A stretch of DNA of 64,000 nt from Methanobacteriota archaeon (GCA_963720465.1 OY970393.1:448001-512000); one strand, 5' to 3'. Counted from the first letter of the stretch, positions 30,362 to 40,979 are shown. A program made the numbers and translations. The notes: a model not told the origin generated them from the sequence alone.

Positions 30362-31729
30362 CTATCGTGTGCCGCTGCGCCGCTGGGCAATCAATTCTTT
30401 GAACTGAACGGCCTCGAGGCTCTGGGGGTCTATTTCGAGCGCCCGGTCAAAACAGGACACCGCATCGTCGTATCGCTTAAGGCTGTACAACGCGCTGCCT
30501 TTTGATGTCCACGCAAACTCATCGCTCTCATCGACTTCTAAGACGCGGTCAAAGCACTCAATGGCCTTTTCATATTCCCCTAAACCATCATAAGAGCTTC
30601 CTTTGAACGAAAGCGCGTACGTGTCGTCGGCGTTTGTGCTGAGCACCTCATCAAAAATAGCGATTGCCTCCTCAAATCGATCGATGCCGAACAGAATGAA
30701 CCCTTTTCTGTTCAACACCCAAAAGTTCTCAGGATCCAGTTGGAACGCCCGATCCAAGCACTGGATCGCTTCGTCGAAGCGGTTCAAACTATCGAGTGCG
30801 AGACCCTTATTGATCCACGCGAGAATGTAGTCTGGACTTATTTCGAGAGCTTTGTCGAAGTTTTCAATCGCGTCGTCAAATTTTTGCAGATTATAATAAA
30901 CGTACCCCTTGTTATTGTACGTGATGAAATAGTCGGGATCACGGCTCAGCGCTTTGTCAAAGCTCTCCAGTGCGTCAGGCCATTCATACTGGCTGGCGAG
31001 AGCGAGCCCGCGACCGTCCCAAGCCGCAGCCCGGGTGTCGTTAATCACCAGGCCTTTGTCATAGTTGATGACAGCATCTTCGTAGCGCTCCAAGTTCGCT
31101 AGCGCGTTCGCTCGGTAGAACCATGCATCGGCGTTCATAGGTTCCAGCAGCAGTGCCCTCTCGAACATTCCTTCCGCTTTTTCGTTGTCGTTCATCAGCG
31201 CATAGCAGACACCCGTGTTGAACCAAGGAAGATCAAACTCAGGATCAGCTTCCTGCGCTTTGTCATAGCATTTGAGTGCTTGTTCGTATAGACCCTGTTT
31301 TTGAAACAGGTATCCCTTGGCGTTGTAGGCTACCGCAAACCGCGGTTCGCTCGCTATGGCAGCATCGAACAAACGTACAGCAGCGTCAACATCTCCTCTA
31401 TCGCGAAAGATGCTCCCTTTGGCCACGAGAGCGGGAGCATGGGTGGGATCTGCCTCTAAGGCCCGTTCATAATAACTAAGCGCCTGATCGCCGTTGCCCA
31501 ACTCTTCTGTCAAAGAGCCAAACGTGAATAGGACGTCGACGTTTGAAGGGTCCATACTGAGGGCTTCTCTGACGCGATTGAGCGCGTCTTTCAGCTTACC
31601 TTGCTTTCGAAGCAAGAGCGCTTCTTCAAGAACATCCATCGCTGTCTTGGCTATTTGAACGCCGCATTCACAGCACGCCTCTGTTTCATCTGGGTTGGTC
31701 GCCCCGCATCCGGGACACAGCTTTGTCAT
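30362..31729 (-). CDS. Zinc-ribbon plus TPR-repeat protein
   Basis: CPGCG...C.ECG N-terminus followed by about 11 TPR units. Confidence 0.92.
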   Translation of the reverse strand: MTKLCPGCGATNPDETEACCECGVQIAKTAMDVLEEALLLRKQGKLKDALNRVREALSMDPSNVDVLFTFGSLTEELGNGDQALSYYERALEADPTHAPALVAKGSIFRDRGDVDAAVRLFDAAIASEPRFAVAYNAKGYLFQKQGLYEQALKCYDKAQEADPEFDLPWFNTGVCYALMNDNEKAEGMFERALLLEPMNADAWFYRANALANLERYEDAVINYDKGLVINDTRAAAWDGRGLALASQYEWPDALESFDKALSRDPDYFITYNNKGYVYYNLQKFDDAIENFDKALEISPDYILAWINKGLALDSLNRFDEAIQCLDRAFQLDPENFWVLNRKGFILFGIDRFEEAIAIFDEVLSTNADDTYALSFKGSSYDGLGEYEKAIECFDRVLEVDESDEFAWTSKGSALYSLKRYDDAVSCFDRALEIDPQSLEAVQFKELIAQRRSGTR

Positions 31730-31888
31730 CCTTTGTTAGATGCGGTTTCTGAGTCATATGTTTTGCCCACTGGACGGGGCATTAGTTAGCGTTCTGCTGA
31801 AACACGAAAGTAAAGTGTGACTGAGATTATCGGCTCGAGGCCAACCGTCGAAGCGAGAATACTGTGAATCGTATGCACAATCACTGAA

Positions 31889-32573
31889 TTACGCGTCGAA
31901 GACTCGCTGTCCAAGCTTGAACGCCCTGATATTGGCGGCAAGAGCTTTTTTGGGCGCGTGCGCCGGCACCATGACCCACTGCTTGGGGTCCTTCTTGAAG
32001 TGCGGGGATCGCTGATCGCTATAGTTTCCGCTTAACGTGACGGATGCTCATGCGTGCGAAACGCGGGTCGTTGGTCGGAGCATCACCGGGATTTCGAATA
32101 GCTTAGACAACGCGAATGCGTACTTTGTAAAGTCATAGGCCTCTTGCGGGGTCGATGGGTCGAGACACGGGATCTTCGCAAATTGTGCATACCTGCGAGA
32201 ATCCTGTTCATTCTGCGAAGAGAAGCACCCGGGATCGTCGGCCACGACGAGCACTAAACCACCTTTGACCCCGGTGTACGCGAGAGTCATTAAGGGGTCA
32301 GCAGCGACGTTCAGCCCGACGTGCTTCATAACGACGGCGGTGCGCACGTCGCAGTACCGAAGCGCCAGCGGCGACTTCAAGCGCGACCTTCTCATTAACG
32401 GACCACTCCACGTGGGGCGGCCTCTCGTAGCGTTCGACGTGCTGTACAATGAAAGGTATGATCTCAGACGACGGCGTTCCTGGATAACCGGAAACGAGCG
32501 AGACTCCTGCCTCCAATATGCCGTAAGCAATCGCCTCATTTCCTGAAAGAAACTTGCGGTTTCCGCGCTGCAT
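31889..32573 (-). pseudogene. iorA: Indolepyruvate:ferredoxin oxidoreductase iorA 5' part fused by deletion to an iorB-like 3' end
   Basis: [45 protein letters not shown]; frameshift near 32357; TGA at 32048-32050; ends PKKALAANIRAFKLG. Confidence 0.9.
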
Positions 32574-32676
32574 GGCTTACCTGTGGTCGCGATCTATTGT
32601 TACTATTTGCTTTTTTGAGCCCGCCTCGCACCGGCTCGGCCTGAGTCTCGTCGAGTAGAATCGACTCGGCAGCAAA

Positions 32677-33228
32677 CTAGCATTCTTCGCGCTTTGCGGG
32701 GTGCATGTGGGCCAGGGTGACGTCCTGTGCGTTCACGCGCATGAGGTCATTGAAGTCGCGCGATTCGGGGTCATCGTCGATAAACACAACCTGATCAATA
32801 CCCGCGTTCTTGATGAGCCGCCAGCACATCTTACACGGAGTGCCGTTGACGTAAAGCGTAGCGCCGTTGATGGAGGCACCCCCTCTGGCCGCTTGTATAA
32901 TCGCATTCGCCTCGGCGTGGACGCTCACACAGAGTTCGTACCGTTCACCCTTTGGAACGTTTAAGCGCTCCCGCTCACACCCGATGTTTAGACAGTGCGG
33001 TTCGTTGCGTGCAGCCCCATTGTATCCAGTCGACAGTATGTGATCGCCAGTTGAAACGATAATGGCACCGTATTGGCGCCTCGTGCACGTTGAGCGCAAA
33101 GAAACGGTCTTTGCGAGCGCCATATCGTACTCGTCTTTGGAGATTCGCTGGTTGCGACGTTCTGAGGTCTGTGAGGTTTTGCACACCGCTTTCCCGTCTC
33201 CTGATCGCTTGGTTAGTAGCGTCAGCAC
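32677..33228 (-). CDS. dCMP/cytidine deaminase family protein
   Basis: RSTC.RR..GA, GYNG, VHAEANA, PCKMC; exact start uncertain. Confidence 0.92.
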   Translation of the reverse strand: MLTLLTKRSGDGKAVCKTSQTSERRNQRISKDEYDMALAKTVSLRSTCTRRQYGAIIVSTGDHILSTGYNGAARNEPHCLNIGCERERLNVPKGERYELCVSVHAEANAIIQAARGGASINGATLYVNGTPCKMCWRLIKNAGIDQVVFIDDDPESRDFNDLMRVNAQDVTLAHMHPAKREEC

Positions 33229-33340
33229 TGCCGCTTTGAGTATGTCGTTCAGTCTATTTTAATACTTGGGAGACTGCATGAAACAACGACGTCTAGTTAA
33301 CGGCAATCAATGCGCTCACGACCAAGTGCGTGGTGATACG

Positions 33341-33823
33341 GTGAAAGGCGAGAAGCAAGTAATAAAGGTACTCGGGGCAGGCAACTACCTCATGGCAGAC
33401 GACGGTGTAGGGGTCCACATTCTCGAGAGACTCGAGCAAATGGACCGAAGTGATATCGAGCTGGTGAATGCCGGTGTTGGCGGGTTAGCAATACTTGACT
33501 ACATGGAGGACGCAGATGACGTGATTATCATCGATGCCGTACGAGGGGGCGGGAGCGAACCAGGATCGATCTACAAGTTCACCGACAAGGAATTGCCTCC
33601 TGCAAATCTGTTTATGATGTCGTTGCACGACCTCAATTTGGTCGATACGCTGCGCTTGGGCCAGCAGATTCAACCGGAGCTCTTGCCGGACAATATCACC
33701 ATCATTGGAATTGAGGTCGAACAGGTCGAAGGGATTTGCACGGACCTTTCGCCTAGGGTCCAAGCTGCGATTGACCGGGTCATACAACTGGTTTTTGAAG
33801 AGATTGAACGATTTAAGAATTGA
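33341..33823 (+). CDS. Hydrogenase maturation protease
   Basis: LG.GN.LM.DDGVG, IIIDAV, PG.IY, SLHD. Confidence 0.93.
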   Translation: MKGEKQVIKVLGAGNYLMADDGVGVHILERLEQMDRSDIELVNAGVGGLAILDYMEDADDVIIIDAVRGGGSEPGSIYKFTDKELPPANLFMMSLHDLNLVDTLRLGQQIQPELLPDNITIIGIEVEQVEGICTDLSPRVQAAIDRVIQLVFEEIERFKN

Positions 33824-33900
33824 CGTGCTTAGAGCGGCCCAGTCAGGCAAAAATAATATATATGCACGTTTTCACAAGGGGAGTAACGAGGTAAATCGTT

Positions 33901-34185
33901 ATGGGAAAACCGATACTGATGGATTTTTACGCTGACTGGTGCGGACCGTGCAAGATACAGGATCCGATACTCGAAAAGCTCGAAGAAAAGCTCAGAGACA
34001 AGATCGAATTCAAGAAGATTAATGTAGACGATAACCTGCAGCTTGCAAACAAGTACGGAATACGCGTCGTGCCGACACTGATTCTGGAATGCAATGGGAA
34101 GATCATAGAGCACTATATTGGTGTAACGCGCCCTGAGATCCTCGAAGCGGACTTAAACAAAGCGGCTGAATCGTGCACTGAGTGA
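33901..34185 (+). CDS. trxA: Thioredoxin
   Basis: DFYADWCGPC, VPTL. Confidence 0.95.
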   Translation: MGKPILMDFYADWCGPCKIQDPILEKLEEKLRDKIEFKKINVDDNLQLANKYGIRVVPTLILECNGKIIEHYIGVTRPEILEADLNKAAESCTE

Positions 34186-34363
34186 ATTAAACGCGACCCG
34201 CCCCAACCTCCTTTTCTGGCGATCATCCAACGCGCGCGTCGATTGAAACTGACGTTTTTTTCAAGCGCTCAACGAGCGCCGATCAAATTTCTCACAAGCG
34301 ACATAGCTGCTACTAGAAGAGTATTGCATCAAGAAAGAAAAGCACCCTGATATGTCGATTTAG

Positions 34364-34438
34364 TAGCGGGGAGTGGATTTGAACCACTGGTCTACGGGTT
34401 ATGAGCCCGTCGGGATCTCCTGACTACCCCACCCCGCT
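34364..34438 (-). tRNA. Initiator tRNA-Met (CAU)
   Basis: AGCGGGG/CCCCGCT acceptor (A1-U72), anticodon arm ACGGG-CTCATAA-CCCGT, T-loop GGTTCAAATCC; TATTTAAAT box about 25 nt upstream. Confidence 0.97.
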
Positions 34439-34624
34439 TTGGATTGTCTTAGGTGCTATTCATTTAAATAGGTGATGATGGAGCGGCTCTGCGCGAATGG
34501 ATTAGTCAGAACACGCACGAGGACGGGGCGTTACCCTGCGCGTGTTTTCTGGCGGAAAAGGTATAACTCAGAGCGGGATGAATACCTACAGCGTTTAGGG
34601 CAAAAAATGGAGGGAGCATGAAAC

Positions 34625-35026
34625 ATGAGGAAAGCAAGGCTCATAATTGGAATTCGTAGGGGGCTTTACGACTCTGAAACGGAACTGTACTCAATCCCCA
34701 CCTGTTTCGACAGCGACCAATCGGCGCAAACAGCCCTACAGGGCATCACGGAGGAACTCAGCGGCCTCACCGATGTCAAGCTTGCGGTTGTACGTCAGCC
34801 TATGGTGAGCTTGCGGCCCGAGACATACGAGAGATATGATGAAGCAGGAGAATTCCCACGACTGTACAAAGCGAAAAAAGACGAATTTCAGGGATATGTC
34901 ATTCAAATCGACCTCCCTGATACCCAAGAGCTTAAAGAAACAGCCCGAAAAATAGTCGATAAGCACAGTATGCAAGTCATCGACGAAGGGCCTGCAAAAG
35001 AGAAAACCCTTATCTTCATATCGTAA
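34625..35026 (+). CDS. Hypothetical protein
   Basis: 133-aa ORF with a GGAG-rich leader; no family recognised. Confidence 0.7.
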   Translation: MRKARLIIGIRRGLYDSETELYSIPTCFDSDQSAQTALQGITEELSGLTDVKLAVVRQPMVSLRPETYERYDEAGEFPRLYKAKKDEFQGYVIQIDLPDTQELKETARKIVDKHSMQVIDEGPAKEKTLIFIS

Positions 35027-35125
35027 CCCGCGAACGACGCAAATTTCACAGAGTCGATCGTCAGACCAGGGCGTCTGGTTCAACTCCCAAAAGTTTATAG
35101 TGTGCGCTTTCGACCCTAGCGGTGT

Positions 35126-36508
35126 ATGCGTGTCGCTATTATTTGCTCCGAAGTAGACGATGCCTCGAAAAACATCGCGCGACACCTTTTAAAACGAGTC
35201 CCGTGGGCGCGAGGTTCTGAGGTCCCCGCCGAATGGACATACGGGAACTTTCAGCTTGTTATGGTCGAAGGCAAGCTGATTGACCAAGAAGCGCTAGACC
35301 AAAGCCTCAGTACTGACCTGCTCGTATTTGCGTCTCGTCACCAAAGTCAGACACGGAAAGGACCGCTATTCAGCGCTCACTTCACCGGAGACGTCTGTGG
35401 ACCGACTCAAAAGGGCTCGAACGGCGTCTTAGCGCGCGCGGCCCCTCGCGCGTTAAAACTCATAGTGGATGCACTCACGAACTTATCAAATGTCAAGGTC
35501 CTCGTAGAGGCAACCCACCACGGTCCTTCGGCCATCGAAACCCCCTCGCTGTTTGTCGAAATCGGCAGCACGAAAACTGAGTGGAATAACGAAGCACTCG
35601 GCGACAGCGTGGCGCAAGCGCTGCTCGGACTGGAATCGCGATCTCTCGACATCCCTTGCCCGACGGCCGTTGGATTCGGGGGGCCGCACTATGCTGCACG
35701 ACACGCCGACGTGCTTCTACGCAGCGACATTTGCTTCGGCCACATTTTTGCTGCGTATCAGCTCGAATGCCTAACTCGCGAAATCATTAGAGAGGCGTTT
35801 GAGAAATCACAGGCACAATTCGCCTATTTTGATCGAAAACACATGGGCGGCGATCGAACTCGAATCGAGTCGACGGTGCAGAGTCTGGGCTTTGAGGTGC
35901 TTAGGCTGGCTGACATCCAGGGACGCAGAGACCTTTCCTGGAAACCGTACCTGCAAATCAAGCGTTCCTTGAGGGCGCACGGCCTGCTTGCGGAAACGGA
36001 GACAATAAACGTGAGCGCTTCACTGCGAGACGCACTCAACGCGCAAACGCCACCTGAAGATCGTATCGAATTGACGCCTCTTGCGCTGAATCCGTCTATC
36101 GTGAAACGCGCGCAAGCTGTCGACGAGGAAGCTTTGCTGAAGCAGTTTGAAATCGAAAAAATAGTATACCTTCGGCGTAAAGATGGAACTATTTCTGCCA
36201 TCCTGGTTCCGCCGGAGCGCGATGCACAAAAGATACAGGATGAGATGCTAAACGGGTGCGTTGAAATACTGAAAAAGCGATACCAGATTGAGTACTCGCA
36301 GCAAAAATCAAAACTATATATATCCGAACGCAAATTTAACCCACGACTGGCACGATCGCTTGGCGTGACTGAAGGACCACTATACGCGAAGCTGGCACGC
36401 GGCGAGTCGATCACAATAGGCAGCAGGATAATTAAACCCGAGGATGTATTTAAGAAGGTTAGAAAGGCAATTAATGTCGCTAGTGCCGACACAGGCGGTC
36501 GACAGTAA
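35126..36508 (+). CDS. dtdA: D-aminoacyl-tRNA deacylase (DTD2), long form
   Basis: SRH.S, AHFTG, EATHHGP, FVEIGS, GFGG.HY; C-terminal GV.EGPLY.KL.RG. Confidence 0.9.
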   Translation: MRVAIICSEVDDASKNIARHLLKRVPWARGSEVPAEWTYGNFQLVMVEGKLIDQEALDQSLSTDLLVFASRHQSQTRKGPLFSAHFTGDVCGPTQKGSNGVLARAAPRALKLIVDALTNLSNVKVLVEATHHGPSAIETPSLFVEIGSTKTEWNNEALGDSVAQALLGLESRSLDIPCPTAVGFGGPHYAARHADVLLRSDICFGHIFAAYQLECLTREIIREAFEKSQAQFAYFDRKHMGGDRTRIESTVQSLGFEVLRLADIQGRRDLSWKPYLQIKRSLRAHGLLAETETINVSASLRDALNAQTPPEDRIELTPLALNPSIVKRAQAVDEEALLKQFEIEKIVYLRRKDGTISAILVPPERDAQKIQDEMLNGCVEILKKRYQIEYSQQKSKLYISERKFNPRLARSLGVTEGPLYAKLARGESITIGSRIIKPEDVFKKVRKAINVASADTGGRQ

Positions 36509-36542
36509 CGTCTTTCGCGGACCTTGAAGTGGAGGATATGAA

Positions 36543-37652
36543 ATGAAGTCCATAATTGAAGACGCGCTTGCACGGGGCACAAGCGACGTGAAAAACGAAT
36601 CGCCGCACGTATCTTATACCCCCGACCAAGAGCTCGAGGAAGTGCTCAAAACGCTCCAAACTAACATCATCGTCATCGGATGCGGCGGCGCAGGATCAAA
36701 TACCATCTCACGGATGACAGAAGAGGGAATCGAAGGCGCCGAACTCATTGCGCTCAACACAGATGCTCAGCACCTTAGGAGGACGACGGCGGACCGAAAA
36801 ATCCTGATTGGGAAGGAGCGAACGCGCGGGCTCGGCGCTGGCTCATTGCCGCAGATAGGCGAAGAGGCAGCAATCGAAAGCCAAGAAGAACTCCGAGGAA
36901 GCGTTGCCGGAGCGGACATGGTGTTTATTACCGCCGGTTTAGGTGGAGGCACGGGAACCGGGGCCTCGCCGGTCGTCGCAGAGGCGGCACGCGATGCTGG
37001 GGCCCTGACTATAGCTATCGTGACCCTCCCATTCGGCGTGGAGGGCATGGTCCGCAGGGCCAACGCTGAAGCTGGACTTGAGCGGCTGCGTGACATGGCC
37101 GATACCGTCATCGTTGTGCCAAACGACCGACTGCTAGAAGTCGTTCCCCGACTGCCGCTGCAAGCCGCATTCAAAGTCTCGGATGAAGTGCTGATGCGGG
37201 CCGTCAAGGGCATTACCGAACTCATCACCAAGCCAGGGCTCATCAACCTCGACTTCGCAGATGTCAGAACTGTCATGCAAAAAGGAGGCGTGGCAATGAT
37301 TGGGCTTGGCGAGTCTGATGCCGAAGACAAAGCCGTGGATTCGGTAAAGAAAGCTCTGAGAAGTCCCCTTCTGGACGTCGACATCTCTGGCGCTACTGCC
37401 GCAATAGTCAACGTCATCGGGGGCACGGACATGACCGTGACTGAGGCAGAGGGCGTCGTGCAGGAAGTTTACGAGCGTATCGATCCAGACGCGCGAATTA
37501 TTTGGGGCGCACAGATCGACCCCGAGCTTGACCATATGGTACGAACGCTCCTTATCGTTACTGGCGTTAAGTCGCCTCAGATCTATGGCAAGAGCGAAGC
37601 GATTAAGGCAAAAACCGGGGCTCAACGATACGGCATAGATTTCGTCAAATAA
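36543..37652 (+). CDS. ftsZ: Cell division protein FtsZ
   Basis: [24 protein letters not shown]-terminal YGIDFV. Confidence 0.98.
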   Translation: MKSIIEDALARGTSDVKNESPHVSYTPDQELEEVLKTLQTNIIVIGCGGAGSNTISRMTEEGIEGAELIALNTDAQHLRRTTADRKILIGKERTRGLGAGSLPQIGEEAAIESQEELRGSVAGADMVFITAGLGGGTGTGASPVVAEAARDAGALTIAIVTLPFGVEGMVRRANAEAGLERLRDMADTVIVVPNDRLLEVVPRLPLQAAFKVSDEVLMRAVKGITELITKPGLINLDFADVRTVMQKGGVAMIGLGESDAEDKAVDSVKKALRSPLLDVDISGATAAIVNVIGGTDMTVTEAEGVVQEVYERIDPDARIIWGAQIDPELDHMVRTLLIVTGVKSPQIYGKSEAIKAKTGAQRYGIDFVK

Positions 37653-37783
37653 AGGCTTACGTGGCACATCCTCCACAAAACATTTTATACTATTGAAACG
37701 CAAAGTGGTATAAAGCGCCGCCTCGGGCGCCACATATTTACTTTGCGCGTTTTTGCTGCACACTATAATTCGGTGAATGTACG

Positions 37784-38224
37784 ATGGCTAAAAAGCAGGG
37801 GACTCGTTCGTCAAAGCCTAAAAAGCAACGAGACGCCCCTAAAGAAGAAAAAAAACAAGCGAGCGCCTCGTCGAAGGCTTCTAAACTGCAAGAGGCCACC
37901 GCAGAGGGTCGTTTTTCTCGGAAGTCGATCGAGCGCAAGCTCGGTGAGTACCGAAGAATCTTGACGCTTACAAGAAGGCCAACGCGTGAGGAGTACTCGA
38001 ATATTGCGAAAGTCGCCGCTATAGGAATCATCATAATCGGCGTGGGCGGGTTTCTGATATATCTGGCCATGGTACAAGCGCCGCAGAGCTTGGGTCTCAC
38101 CAACAACACAACAGCAACGGCCACACCGAGTAACGTAGTGAACACCTCGGTGCCGGTGAGTAACGCAACGCAAAATAGTTCCATTACCTCGGCTGTGAAT
38201 AAAACGGGGAACGCGACGACCTAG
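37784..38224 (+). CDS. secE: SecE/Sec61-gamma with long N- and C-terminal extensions
   Basis: EY.RIL.L.RRP.REEY..IAKV...GI.IIG..GF.IY; located between ftsZ and spt5. Confidence 0.92.
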   Translation: MAKKQGTRSSKPKKQRDAPKEEKKQASASSKASKLQEATAEGRFSRKSIERKLGEYRRILTLTRRPTREEYSNIAKVAAIGIIIIGVGGFLIYLAMVQAPQSLGLTNNTTATATPSNVVNTSVPVSNATQNSSITSAVNKTGNATT

Positions 38225-38261
38225 TCAGTAACGAATTAGAAAGTTGTCAGTGAGGGGGAGC

Positions 38262-38741
38262 ATGTCCAGTCAAGAGCAAAATGGGCTCGAATCTTCAATT
38301 TACGCCATAAAAACCACGGCAAATCAAGAACGCGCCGTGGCCAACTTGCTTGCACTCGCTGCCAAAAAGGAGAACTATGACATCCGCGCGATACTTGTGC
38401 CAAAAGAGCTCAAGGGATACGTGCTCGTGGAGACCACCAAGTTTGAAATAGTAGAACAGGCCATTCAAGGCATACCGCACGCTCGTGGCGTCGTGAAAGG
38501 AAGCACGAAATTCGCTGAGATCGAGCATTTCTTGACGCCAAAACCAGCAGTGGCTGGCATTGAAGACGGCGACATCATTGAGCTTATTGCAGGCCCATTC
38601 AAAGGAGAACGGGCCCGCGTCAAACGCATTGATGAACGTCGCGAGGAGATTACAGTCGAACTCTTCGAGGCCATGGTGCCGATACCAATCACGGTCCGCG
38701 GCGATCACGTCCGAGTCTTGAGCAAGGAGGAGCGCGAATAA
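38262..38741 (+). CDS. spt5: Transcription elongation factor Spt5/NusG
   Basis: [31 protein letters not shown]. Confidence 0.97.
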   Translation: MSSQEQNGLESSIYAIKTTANQERAVANLLALAAKKENYDIRAILVPKELKGYVLVETTKFEIVEQAIQGIPHARGVVKGSTKFAEIEHFLTPKPAVAGIEDGDIIELIAGPFKGERARVKRIDERREEITVELFEAMVPIPITVRGDHVRVLSKEERE

Positions 38742-38742
38742 C

Positions 38743-39216
38743 ATGGCCGACGTAATAGAGGTATTGGTGCCAGGAGGCAAGGCGAGTCCCGGTCCTCCGA
38801 TAGGGCCTGCCCTAGGGCCCCTTGGGATCAACATCAAAGCAGTTGTTGACGACATCAATGCACGGACTGCGTCATATAACGGGATGCAGGTACCTGTCAA
38901 GGTCATCGTCGACGACAAAAAGAACGTGACGCTTGAAGTAGGCATACCTCCTGCATCAGCGCTTGTTCTGATAGAGGCGGGAATAGAGAAAGGATCGTCA
39001 GGTGAGGAGACCGTGGGCAATATCACCGTCGCCCAAGCGATCAAGATAGCAAAAATGAAACGACAGAGCTCCCTTTCGTACGAGTTGAGAAACACGGTCA
39101 AAGAAGTTTTGGGCACCTGTCTGTCGATGGGCGTTACTGTCGACGAAAAACCAGCCAGAGATGTTCAAAAGGCGATAGACGCGGGGGAATACGCAGATCT
39201 TCTTACTGAGGCATGA
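38743..39216 (+). CDS. rpl11: 50S ribosomal protein uL11
   Basis: GGKA.PGPP.GPALGP.G, KEVLGTC.SMG. Confidence 0.98.
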   Translation: MADVIEVLVPGGKASPGPPIGPALGPLGINIKAVVDDINARTASYNGMQVPVKVIVDDKKNVTLEVGIPPASALVLIEAGIEKGSSGEETVGNITVAQAIKIAKMKRQSSLSYELRNTVKEVLGTCLSMGVTVDEKPARDVQKAIDAGEYADLLTEA

Positions 39217-39263
39217 ATTCCGGCGAAAGATTGAAGTAAGATTTACTCTATCTGATAATTACA

Positions 39264-39303
39264 CCGTAGGAGATCACCGCAATGGTCGAAGATACTACGG
39301 AGG
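39264..39303 (+). promoter_or_regulatory. Putative uL1-binding mRNA operator overlapping the rpl1 SD
   Basis: CCGTAG-GA-GATCA-loop-TGGTC-GAAGATA-CTACGG; the 3' strand runs into GGAGG. Confidence 0.65.
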
Positions 39304-39307
39304 CAGT

Positions 39308-39949
39308 ATGGTCAACGAAAACACCCTTAAAGCCGTCAATGAAGCGATTAAGTTAGCGCCTAAACGAAAGTTCACAGAAAGCGTTGATTTGATTGTCAAC
39401 CTAAAGAGCGTTGATTTAAGCCAGCCAAAAAACAGGATAACCGAATCCATCGTACTGCCGAACGGGCGCGGGAAGGCAACGAAAATCGGGGTTTTTGCGA
39501 GAGGGGATCTCGCCATTAAGTCGCAGAGCGGCGGCGCTGACCTGATAATTTCTCCCGACGACATTGACAAGATGAGCGGTGACAAGAAACTTATTCGATC
39601 AACGACGAGAGATATTGACTTTTTTATTGCTGAAGCGCCGTTGATGCCGTCTATAGGAAAGAGCTTCGGGCCAATCCTGGGCCCCAAAGGTAAGATGCCC
39701 GATCCTGTACCGTCAAGCGCCGATCCCGCTCCTCTCATCAATCGGCTGAGACGAACGGTCAAGGTGCGCTCAAAGGATAAGCCGACGTTCCACGCGTTGA
39801 TCGGAAATCTGAGCATGAGCCCCGAAGACATCGCAGCCAACGTCGAAGCGCTCCTCAACATCGTAGAATCGCGACTCGAGAACGGCAAGCAGAACATTGC
39901 CTCGGTCTTTGTCAAAACGACCATGGGCCCCGCAGTGAGGTTAATGTGA
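39308..39949 (+). CDS. rpl1: 50S ribosomal protein uL1
   Basis: RKF.ESVDL, LGPKGKMP, KTTMGP. Confidence 0.98.
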   Translation: MVNENTLKAVNEAIKLAPKRKFTESVDLIVNLKSVDLSQPKNRITESIVLPNGRGKATKIGVFARGDLAIKSQSGGADLIISPDDIDKMSGDKKLIRSTTRDIDFFIAEAPLMPSIGKSFGPILGPKGKMPDPVPSSADPAPLINRLRRTVKVRSKDKPTFHALIGNLSMSPEDIAANVEALLNIVESRLENGKQNIASVFVKTTMGPAVRLM

Positions 39950-39950
39950 A

Positions 39951-40979
39951 ATGGCGGCAATTGCAAACGTTCACCGACCGGTTTGGAAAGACGATGAAGT
40001 CACCAACATAAAAGCCGATGTCAAAGCGCACGAAGTCACGGCGGTTGTTAGTATTCAGGGCATCCCTGCACGTCAATTTCAAAGCATCAGAGCCGAGCTT
40101 CGCGACGTTGCGAAAATACGGGTCGCCCGAAATTCCTTGATCCACCGTGCGTTTGCTGAGGTTGGCGAGACGACACTTCAATTGTTCGAAAACGTTGAGG
40201 GGCAAACAGCGTTAATCTTCACCGATCTAAATCCGTTCAAGCTGTTTAAGCTGCTCGAGAACAGCAGAACTCCGGCGCCCGCCAAAGCAGGTGATAGGGC
40301 GCCTAGCGATCTAATCGTACCGAAGGGGCCCACGTCGTTTAGACCGGGACCGATAGTCGGAGATCTTCAAAACGTTGGGATACCGGCCGCGATTGAAAAG
40401 GGCAAAATCGTAATACGCGAGACAAAAACGGTCGCTAAGGAGGGCGAAGCGATAAGCGCGCGGCTAGCTGATGTACTCCAGCGCTTTGAAATCTACCCAA
40501 TGGAAGTCGGCTTATATCTTCGAGCGGCGTACGACGGCGACGTGCTCTACGTCCCGGAGAACCTCTACATCGATGAGCAGGCGTACTTTGGTCAATTCGT
40601 TTTGGCCGTGTCAAAGGCGCTGAATTTGTCAATTAACGCAGCATACCCGACGTCTCTAACAGCCGCCACACTACTTCAAAAAGCCTCATTTGAAGCAATG
40701 AATCTCGGGGTTAACGCTGAGATCTTTGAGCCCGAGGTGCTGAAAGCTCTGCTCTCGAGGGCGCAAGCAGCAGCGCTAACACTTGTTCACAAGCTTCCAA
40801 ACGAGGCACTAGATGATGTCCTCATCGCGCTAAAGAACGCACAAGCAACGGCGCCCGAATCGGATAAAGAAGAGGCAGCGCCGCAAAAAGAAGACGAAAC
40901 GTCAAAAGAGAAGGAGGAGGAGAACGAAGAAAAGGGATCCGAATCCGGTATGGAAGGTCTCGGAGCGTTATTTGGATAA
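39951..40979 (+). CDS. rpl10: 50S ribosomal protein uL10 (P0)
   Basis: NPFKL, GPT.F.PGP, acidic tail [10 protein letters not shown]. Confidence 0.98.
   Translation: MAAIANVHRPVWKDDEVTNIKADVKAHEVTAVVSIQGIPARQFQSIRAELRDVAKIRVARNSLIHRAFAEVGETTLQLFENVEGQTALIFTDLNPFKLFKLLENSRTPAPAKAGDRAPSDLIVPKGPTSFRPGPIVGDLQNVGIPAAIEKGKIVIRETKTVAKEGEAISARLADVLQRFEIYPMEVGLYLRAAYDGDVLYVPENLYIDEQAYFGQFVLAVSKALNLSINAAYPTSLTAATLLQKASFEAMNLGVNAEIFEPEVLKALLSRAQAAALTLVHKLPNEALDDVLIALKNAQATAPESDKEEAAPQKEDETSKEKEEENEEKGSESGMEGLGALFG

Noticed and set aside
32048-32050. In-frame TGA in iorA as selenocysteine
   Set aside because: The position normally holds a non-Cys residue (likely CGA to TGA), and the gene also has a frameshift and a large deletion.
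34364-34438. tRNA-iMet as the integration site of the accessory island
   Set aside because: It is more than 10 kb from the island, and I saw no duplicated 3' end or integrase.
36330-36450. RNase Z exosite-like tail on DTD2 as a novel fusion
   Set aside because: Long DTD2 forms with this tail are, to my knowledge, the usual form in Methanomicrobia and haloarchaea.
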